A stretch of DNA of 62,905 nt, the filler included. It is 5 parts of 5 records of this genome, joined end to end, with 100 filler letters (N's around TTAATTAATTAA, not from the genome) between each part and the next. Parts side by side here need not be neighbours in the genome. Positions count along the whole stretch, not along the records: positions 55,102 to 62,905 come from SRR15195285_765; 4 more parts are not named here. The stretch is one strand, 5' to 3'. Below the pieces are notes generated by a model. It was given only the letters and a program-made list of their open reading frames with translations, did no database searches and had not been told where the DNA came from. The position numbers and the translations under genes are program-made. This document shows positions 55,296 to 62,905 of the stretch, in pieces; position 1 is the first letter of the stretch, and each line of letters begins with the position of its first letter.

Positions 55296-58200
55296 TCAAG
55301 GCTGGGTGGCGCCGTCTGCATTGGAACCAACCGCCGTTGTCGTAGCCCCCGATCGCGGAGCGACGCTGAAGGATACGGTGCCAGATAGCCCCATTGTTCC
55401 GGGACGCGTTGGTACCCACGCGTGGCTCGGTGGCAGCACAAACTCTTCACCACTCGTCACCACCTCCGCAGTGTAAATGCACTCGCTAGTCCCGGACGAG
55501 AAGGAGGGCGTTGAGCAGCTTACGTGGTCCGGGAATACGTCCATCTGTGCGAAGCCCCAGCGCCACGGCGAATTCGGAAACCACGAGTACGGATCATAGC
55601 CAGTGTTTCCATCCCACGCTGATCGTGAAGCTAGAGCTGCGGTATGATTCAGACCTTCACCGCGGTGACCCATCGCCAGTAGCGCCGAGCTGCGGGCACC
55701 GTCACTATCACTTGATTTGAGCAATGGGTCCTGGGCTTGGAACGCTCCCGGCAGTGGGTCGTAGACCTGGACACCCTCCATGTGATCATCCGGCGAGGTC
55801 ACAGAAATTGTCACCTGAATGATCTGGCCGGGACGTAGCGGACGATTCCTATTCGCTAGATTGACAGGTGTCTTTGTGCCGTCCGCGTTCACGATGCTGA
55901 CGCTCTTTTGCACAAAGAGACCGAAGTAGACTGGTCGTACTTCGAGCTGCGCGGGCACAAAGTTCGCTGCAACCGCGACCGACGCCTCCCCAGTGCCCAG
56001 TGCATAGAATTGTAGGCGGTCGGTATTATCGATCTGCGAGTAGGTAAATTCTTCGTGCACAGCTGGCGACCCTCCCGCTTGGAAGCTCGCGTTGAAGAGC
56101 GCCGAGCCGTCACCCTCCGCAACGAATACCGAGAGACGGGGCGATGCACTACCGGTGGCCCTGTCATATGCGGCCAGTGCAAACGATGCATATGTCGCGT
56201 CTTGGTGGCTGAAGCTATAGAGACGGTTCAGGTCTGAACTAGAGATCGCTGGACCGGCCGACACGTAGTTGGCAAGCTTCTCGACCAGCGGATCAGTCGG
56301 TTTCGTCAGTGCAAACACGTGGAGACACAGTGCCTGAGTGCCGAGCCCCAGCGCCGACGAACTGTCCTGCTCCGAAATGTATGCTGTCTCACCTTGCACA
56401 CGAAGGTGGTCATACCACTGAGCGGTGAGGTCCGTGACCAGTGTTGTATCGCTAGTTGTGACATTCTTTTCGAGCAGAACCAAGGCAATCATTGCCTGTC
56501 TCTCCACGTCACACATGCGCGCATGGGCCTTCAGATCTTCGAGCGAAGAATTCGTCTTCAGATTGTACTGCGTCTGAAGATGATATTCTTTACCGAGCCC
56601 AAAAAAAGCGAGAGCAAGTTCGTCCCACCAAGACGGTGTTGGGTGCCACGAGTAATCGTCGCTGTTGTAACCGCCCGGGTCTTGTCGCCATCGGACTAAT
56701 GCGGACACGATGGCTTGCTCCCACTGCTCAGCTGCTTGAATGGCCGAGGCAGTTTCAAATGCGCTGTATGCTACAGTGGAGTTAAACTCGAGGATGGACT
56801 CGCGGCGCACCCGTAACGCAAACGCGTTGGCTGGAATACGTGAATAGGACGGATAAACTAGGAACCGCGTTGGAATCTGCTGCAGACCGTCGTTGCTGTT
56901 GTATTCCGTTCGCAGCGCCAGCAGTGCAAGCCGAAGGGCGATATTGGATGTAGTATTTGCTTGGCCATAAGCGTTTAGCACCGAAGGAGGGGCCAGTGCG
57001 GCAATAAGCGAGAACACGTCCGGCCACTGGCGCACTGGTAATCTCAACGATGCTAGCGCAAAGCTGTCTATCCCAGTCTGAATTACTCGCTGAGCTGGAA
57101 AGTGCCCTACGCCAGCTGCAACCGACAGTGTACCACTTTGTTGGACTGCTGGCGGGAAATCAAACCCCTCCGTCCATCGAGTGAAAGAGCGATTTGCCAG
57201 CAGTGCAAAGCTGGTGGACAGCGTCACCTGCTGCTGAATACTGTCAAGCGGCAATGAATAGGTGAACGCGTCCCCTTTAACTGATTTATCGACTGGCACT
57301 GCATCGAATTCCAAGCTGGCCTGTCCAATTGCCAGCACAGCGAACTTCCAGAGCACCTCCAGCGGCTCGTTCGGCTCAACGTCGACAATCTGGCTCGCAG
57401 GTGAGATTATCTTCAAACTCCCGCGTGACGAGCCTGTTGCATGACTGACTGTCACTTTGACTTTGCCAGGCGTGAGGCTGTCGATCACGCAGCCTCCCGA
57501 GAATCGCTCACCCACACGGCTGACTCTGGGCATAGACGGCTGAAGAGAAACAGGGAGCCTACTCACAAACCTAGTTTGGCCCTTCACGTACTCGAGGGAC
57601 TTCTGACTCTGGGTAGACTTCGACACTGCCACAGCACTAACTCTCCAAGTGCCAAGGTTCTGAGGCATCTGAAAACTGACTGTGGCCTTGCCGTCTTTCA
57701 CTGATACATCTGGTCGATAGAAAGCCGTGGATGCGGACGTTTGGCGGACGGCTGGGTGCCTGTGGTTATGAGCTCCGCCACCGTGCCCACCGTTGTGGGG
57801 GGCTGGGCTGGGCGGTGGTCCAGGAGGAGCGGGAGCTGGACCGGGCGCAGGTGGTGGTCCTGGTGGAACTGGAGGAGGCGTACCTCCGCAGCCAGCTCCC
57901 AGTGTAGCTTGCAGCTGGTCGCGGTCCTGATATCCGAACCCGTAGGTAATCGGCGTGACTTGAGAATCCATCCACAGCTGATCCACGATATCCAGCGGAC
58001 CTAGGCAAGATCGCACGCCCCAGTTACCAGTGGAAGTCCATGGATCTGCGTCCAAGCGCCACTCAGTTGACTTGAGAGCCTGGTTGACGTTGGACTCCGA
58101 GCCGAGTTGCGCGATCGAAGACGCGACAGTCACATCGGGGACGTAGTTATCAAATGGCTCATAAGGCTTGCCGCAGTCGAGCGGCGGAATCTCGTACGGC

Positions 58201-61200
58201 AGTAGGTCTAGGAGAGCTTCGTCTACAACGTACACTGCTATCTCACCGACATCAGCGGGTTGCCCTTGGTCCCCAACTACTTCAAACTCAATCGACACGT
58301 TCTCACCTGCGGTCGCGTGTTCAGGAGCAATGATCGTAAGGTTAGCGACGCCAACTATGATCGGAACGTCCAGCCCCACGTTGAGCCTCAGACTCGGGAG
58401 CAGGTCTGCCTCTGGCAGAGCAAGGTCGAACAGCTGCGACTTCGGCTGCTCAATCGGAAGCTTGGCATCTAGCTGGGACGGCACAATCACAAATGCCTGG
58501 ACGTTGCAGCCACCGGTGCACTCCTCTCCGATTGGAATGCTGAACGAGACAGCGCCATGTGGAACCAACTTGTGCTGTCGAACTCGTGGCTTGAGTCCAT
58601 CGTTGCCCCACGTCAGCAGGACATGTACCGTCGAAAGTGGGTTGAACCAGTGTACTGTCGCTGTGTCTCCAACTACGAAGCCTCGGTCAGCATCAGCATC
58701 GGACAGATACAACTTCCAGAACGTCTGCTTCCAGCCCATCAGAACTCCAAGTGCCTGCTGCGTCTCGTTTCTACCGAAATCAAGCGAGGCATTCAGCCTC
58801 TGTCCCAAACTGTCAACAACTCTCGCCTCAAGCCGGTAGTGGTTTACATCAGGCAAGGTGAGCTGAAGCGAACGCGAAAAGACCCACTCGTTGGAATCGT
58901 CTTGTCTGCATGAGCATTCACCCGGAGTGTGGTCACCGCAAGGATAGTCATATGGATAGTCTCTCAGCATCCACGAGTCTGTAGTGTTGAGTATCGTGGG
59001 GAGGGCGATCGCTGGTGCATCGGTGCATGGGTGACCATTCGCATCGAGTTTGATCAGCTCCATTTCGATCTTGGGTGGATCCTCAGGGTCGAAGTGGACT
59101 GCTGCAGGCACTCTTACAGTCCCTGTCGCTCGGAATGGGAACCCTGCAAAAATCCTGTTGTCTGGAGGATTTGTTTCCACGAAAATCGTCCAGGTGCTGA
59201 GCTCGATCGGCACGGAGAGCTTTTTCTGCAATAAATCACGCGTCGCGTCTAGCCATGAGACGGTAATCGTTAGCGACGTTCCAAGTTTGAGATGATCAAC
59301 GACGTGTCTTGGAATCTGCAGCACATGGTCTGTGGTCTTCCCAGTTGGAAGAACGAGTGGGTACTCTCCTTGTGGCTGAATCCGGTCTGAATATGTGCCC
59401 GTGCCTTCCCAGTGAATTTGCACACTTGCTCCTTTCACTTTATCACCCAAGTAGGTCTGACAGCTTATATTGAGCTTAACTCTAGTGTCTGGGTTCTCTG
59501 GGTTGATGAGAAGCGAGTCTGTGCTCACGTCAAGAGTTGCGGATGGACGGCGTGGATCGGCAACCGTGATGGAGGCCTGCCCACTGTACGGCTGGCAGTC
59601 CGAGTTGGAACTCGGAGCTTCGGTCAACACTTGCACTGTGTAACTGCCGTGGGTTGCGTTTGCTGGGACAGTTGCAGCACAGCTTACGATCCCGAACTTG
59701 TCTGCAGTTACGCACTCTTTTCCCCATGGCGTCTGACAGACCGCATGGCCTGCCTTCTTACTCCACGTGGGTGTGAAAGTGGGCAGCGGAATGCTGTTGC
59801 CTCGCCAATCGTACGCTCGTAAAATCCCTGTGACGTGAATAGTATCTCCTGCATCGAACAACGCCCTGTCGACAATCGTGTCGCCAATGATGACAATTCG
59901 CTTCGTATTCAGCTGCTCAACACGACCAACAGACACTGGTGGCGCGAGCTCCATCTCACCAGCGTGCTCAGCGACTACGACATATTTGTAGTTGTTGTAC
60001 TCACTGTATTCGAAATTGCTGGCTGCAAACGTGCCGACCCCGTCCAGGGTCGTTGTGAGCTCGGCAATTTTGCGAACTTCATTGCAGGCACATTTCCTGC
60101 AGTCACTGCAATACTGTTCCTCGTTGCGAAGCTGATACAGCGACAGATGTGCTCCTACAATTGGAGCTGCGTCCACTGTGGATGCAACAAGTACAACGAG
60201 CGTTCCACTTGTATCTAACGATGTTACAGTGAAACTCGCCGCTCTGTAGAGGACGCACGTGTCCCTATCGTATTCCACCGTACAGTTATTCTGCCATTCC
60301 GGTTTTACCTTGCTGCTTTGAGACAACACCCAGCTTGGCCCCAGCTCTCCAAAGTTCCAGTGTTGCACCTCGTCTGTAGACGGAGCTGGGCCGAATTCCT
60401 GTGCATTGCGAGTAAATATTGCTCTCTCGGAAGTCTGGTTTGAGCAGTTGACGAACGCCAACATCAGAATGTCTTCCAATTGTCGGTAGTGCACCTGTTC
60501 CGCCCGCAGGCTTACGCCTCTGCACGGTTCCAAACTGCACTGGGGCTGCCCTGGCCACGTGCATGGTGCCTGCTTCTGCTCACCCCTTGCGAGAGCAACC
60601 AGATCAATCGGTTTCGTGGCATTGTATGCGCTGAAAGCATCCGGCTGCACGAAAAAGCTTTCCAGGTAGCTAGTGGAAAACTTCGCTTCGCGTTGTTGGA
60701 GCTTCAAGCCAAACGCATCGGTGAGCTCGCCTACAGCTGCCCCGCTCGCAAATGAGTAGTTGTTGTTTTTCCAGTGACCTTTCTGCACTGACGGCAGAAA
60801 CTTGGCCAGAAGCCGCAGCTCGGTTTTCGAAGGCAGATTGGTAACATCATTATGCTTTCGATGGACTAGTGCTGGCAATTCCAGCTTGTTCGGGCCGTGT
60901 ACAGTCACAGCCTCCTGAACTTGTTTTGCTGGCGTTTCTTTTGGCAAGCCATGCCGTACGAACTGCGACACATCAGGTTCTCAGGCGACGGTCGACACAC
61001 TAAAACCGACGCCGTGCTGATGACTATGTGAACAGCCATGGGACAAGATCGTGTGTGTAAGGCGTGAAGACGCACCAGCGAGACCTGCGTCGACGAGATC
61101 TCTGTCGTGTACTCGCCGTTCTGTCGGCCCCCCTGGATATAGTTGAACTCGAAAGGACGCAGGCCGGAGATCTGCAAGGTAAGTGCAGCCTCTGTTGGAC

Positions 61201-62189
61201 CGCTGACGTTTGATATTACGACTCCCTTCGGCAGCGTGATGTTGTAGACAGTATCGAAGTCCAACGGTTGTGGTGGAACAAGCGTAAATCCGGTGTTCAC
61301 GCCATCGCGCCTGAGCACCTGTTGAAGCGGCCGACACTTCTCGCCCCGAGAGCTAGCGTTCGGTACCACGCAGACGTGTCGCGCAAACACCTCTGGCTCG
61401 ATGGTGTCGTAAAGCCCATACGCGCCCGAGAAAGTCACGTTGACCAGGCAGTCGGACGGGCACTCGTGCACCTGTCTTTCCGACTCGTCGTTCAAAGTAG
61501 AGCGCCAGACGCCATCGGTGGCGATCGCCGCGAGCTGCGAACTCACTGAAACTTGGCCAAGCGCGAGATGCGTCGTGTTGAACCCCGCGCTCTTGCCTGT
61601 CCACGGCTGCAGGAAGGCGCCGTCCCATGAACGCAGTAGTGGGTTGGCGCGCACGGTGCATCGCAGGTCATTGCCCCAGTACTCAGTCGGGTCGAAGCGG
61701 AGGATCGACGTCGTGACCCACCAGGTCCGGCCCTCAATTGGAGGTCCGCCTGGAAACTTCGGGCTGCCGCCGTTGCAGTTCCAAACAAGGGGGTGGACGC
61801 CACGCACCGTGGCGTTGCTGTACCCGTTGCTGTCAAAGTTGCTCCCGAGCTTGATCACGGAGCGTGAGAACACTAGAGTGACTGCTGCCTTCGAGCCCTG
61901 GTTGACGGGCGTATCCGGAGTGATGAGACGCAGCTGTTTCAGCGGAATCTTTTGTAGAATTTGGCTTGCGTTTGTGACGGTCCCTGCGGCGGCACCAATC
62001 GTGGGGTTAGCAGGACACTACGTTGCAGTGCGAGATTAACGCCTCGGCGCCGCTCCGCGGAGGCGTACCATTGCCGGCGCTTTGCGACGGCGGCGGCGCC
62101 GGTGCCGCCGATTGCGGCGCATCTGACCCGGCGGCGCTGATTACAGCGATGCTGGCCGACAGCGCGAGGAGGAGCAAAGCCATCGCCAT
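55296..62189 (-). CDS. Secreted bacterial-type alpha-2-macroglobulin-like protein, three exons
   Basis: Signal peptide; DR.LF..GD.I...G.LR, VVDEALL.L, R....TAFY.P......G.ATVSF.MP.NLG.WRV.AVA, P.MPR..RVG, DPLPG; introns 61984-62068 and 60963-61084. Confidence 0.75.
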
Positions 62190-62217
62190 TCCTCCGCTCA
62201 CCAGAGCAACTCAGCGC

Positions 62218-62311
62218 CCAGAATCACCACCACCACCACCACCACCAGAAGAATCACCACCACCACCAGCAGAAGAATCACCACCACCACCACCACCACC
62301 ACCAGAAGAAG
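62218..62311. repeat. Compound (CCA)n/GAA microsatellite upstream of the A2M-like gene
   Basis: Repeated CCAGAAGAATCACCACCACC units. Confidence 0.8.
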
Positions 62312-62905
62312 AGCAGGACGCGGTGGGGAGGCCGCGCCGGCCGGACCCGCCGCGCGCGGCGGTCAGCACACTGATGTGCGATCGGGGTGAACGCTTGAAC
62401 TGGCGCCCTCAACGCTCAAGGTAGAATATACATGTAATCAACTAGTTTACCGCAAATGGTTTTGCATGTGAATTGTATGTAAAACTCGTTGCGGGAAACT
62501 AGTTGATTATGTCTCATCAGCCCCGGCGGCGGTTCGTTCTACTACCTTGCAAAATGTGAATTCATATGACGGGTGCTTGCAAAGAGGAGAGGTTCGGCGC
62601 GATCTTGAGATGTGAGTGTCACTCGGGTGACGCCAACTTGACGCGGTTTCCTACTGTAGATTTGAGTTATGGTATCCGACTCTAACACATTTTTCTTACT
62701 GTAGGACTGTACTACAATAGTACCGGTACGTGTGTACTATCAATAGTAGGAATTCCTACGTGGATTGCTCAGGCAGAAAAGACTGGGTGCGTCAAGAGTC
62801 CACAAGTTTCGTACGCTCGCGAACTCGCAAACTCGAAAGGCTTTATTGCTGGAATGTACATCTAGCCGCCGTGATTTTCGGGCTAAGATCACATCCAGTT
62901 GCATG

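Overview
This window is not one genome. It is five contigs joined by four artificial 100-nt spacers (N44-TTAATTAATTAA-N44). Contig 1 (1-25983) is an AT-rich tailed-phage fragment, most plausibly from a marine Bacteroidota/Flavobacteriia phage. Its + strand arm carries a 5'-truncated giant virion-type protein, small virion-type proteins, a holin candidate and an amidase. Its convergent - strand arm carries small early genes, a ligase, a sigma factor, ERF, an exonuclease, SSB, a primase-helicase, a dCMP-hydroxymethylase-like enzyme, MazG-like proteins and a class Ia RNR. The most interesting signals are in this contig. (i) The giant protein looks like a polyprotein: a zincin, a sigma-region-2-like module, a HAD phosphatase and other modules are separated by a repeated [AS]S[RK]E linker. 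(ii) A three-copy promoter-like motif (TACAAACwAAATACGA-N8-GGATAATA) lies in the early region, which raises the hypothesis of a virion-injected sigma factor. (iii) A ~290-nt non-coding cluster holds a 104-nt tag-less tmRNA-like RNA (G3-U70, A73), a second anticodon-less tRNA-like fold and a third long hairpin. Contigs 2-5 are GC-rich, intron-containing DNA, at least partly from a flagellated microbial eukaryote. They encode a giant multi-C2 membrane protein, an atypical Rab5-like GTPase, radial spoke head RSP4/6, a PH-Myb protein, an ARM-PDZ-EF-hand protein, a saposin-like protein, a PPPDE-Trx-UBL-PUB protein, a GH78-like hydrolase and a bacterial-type alpha-2-macroglobulin. All calls come from motif recognition by eye; no database search was run.
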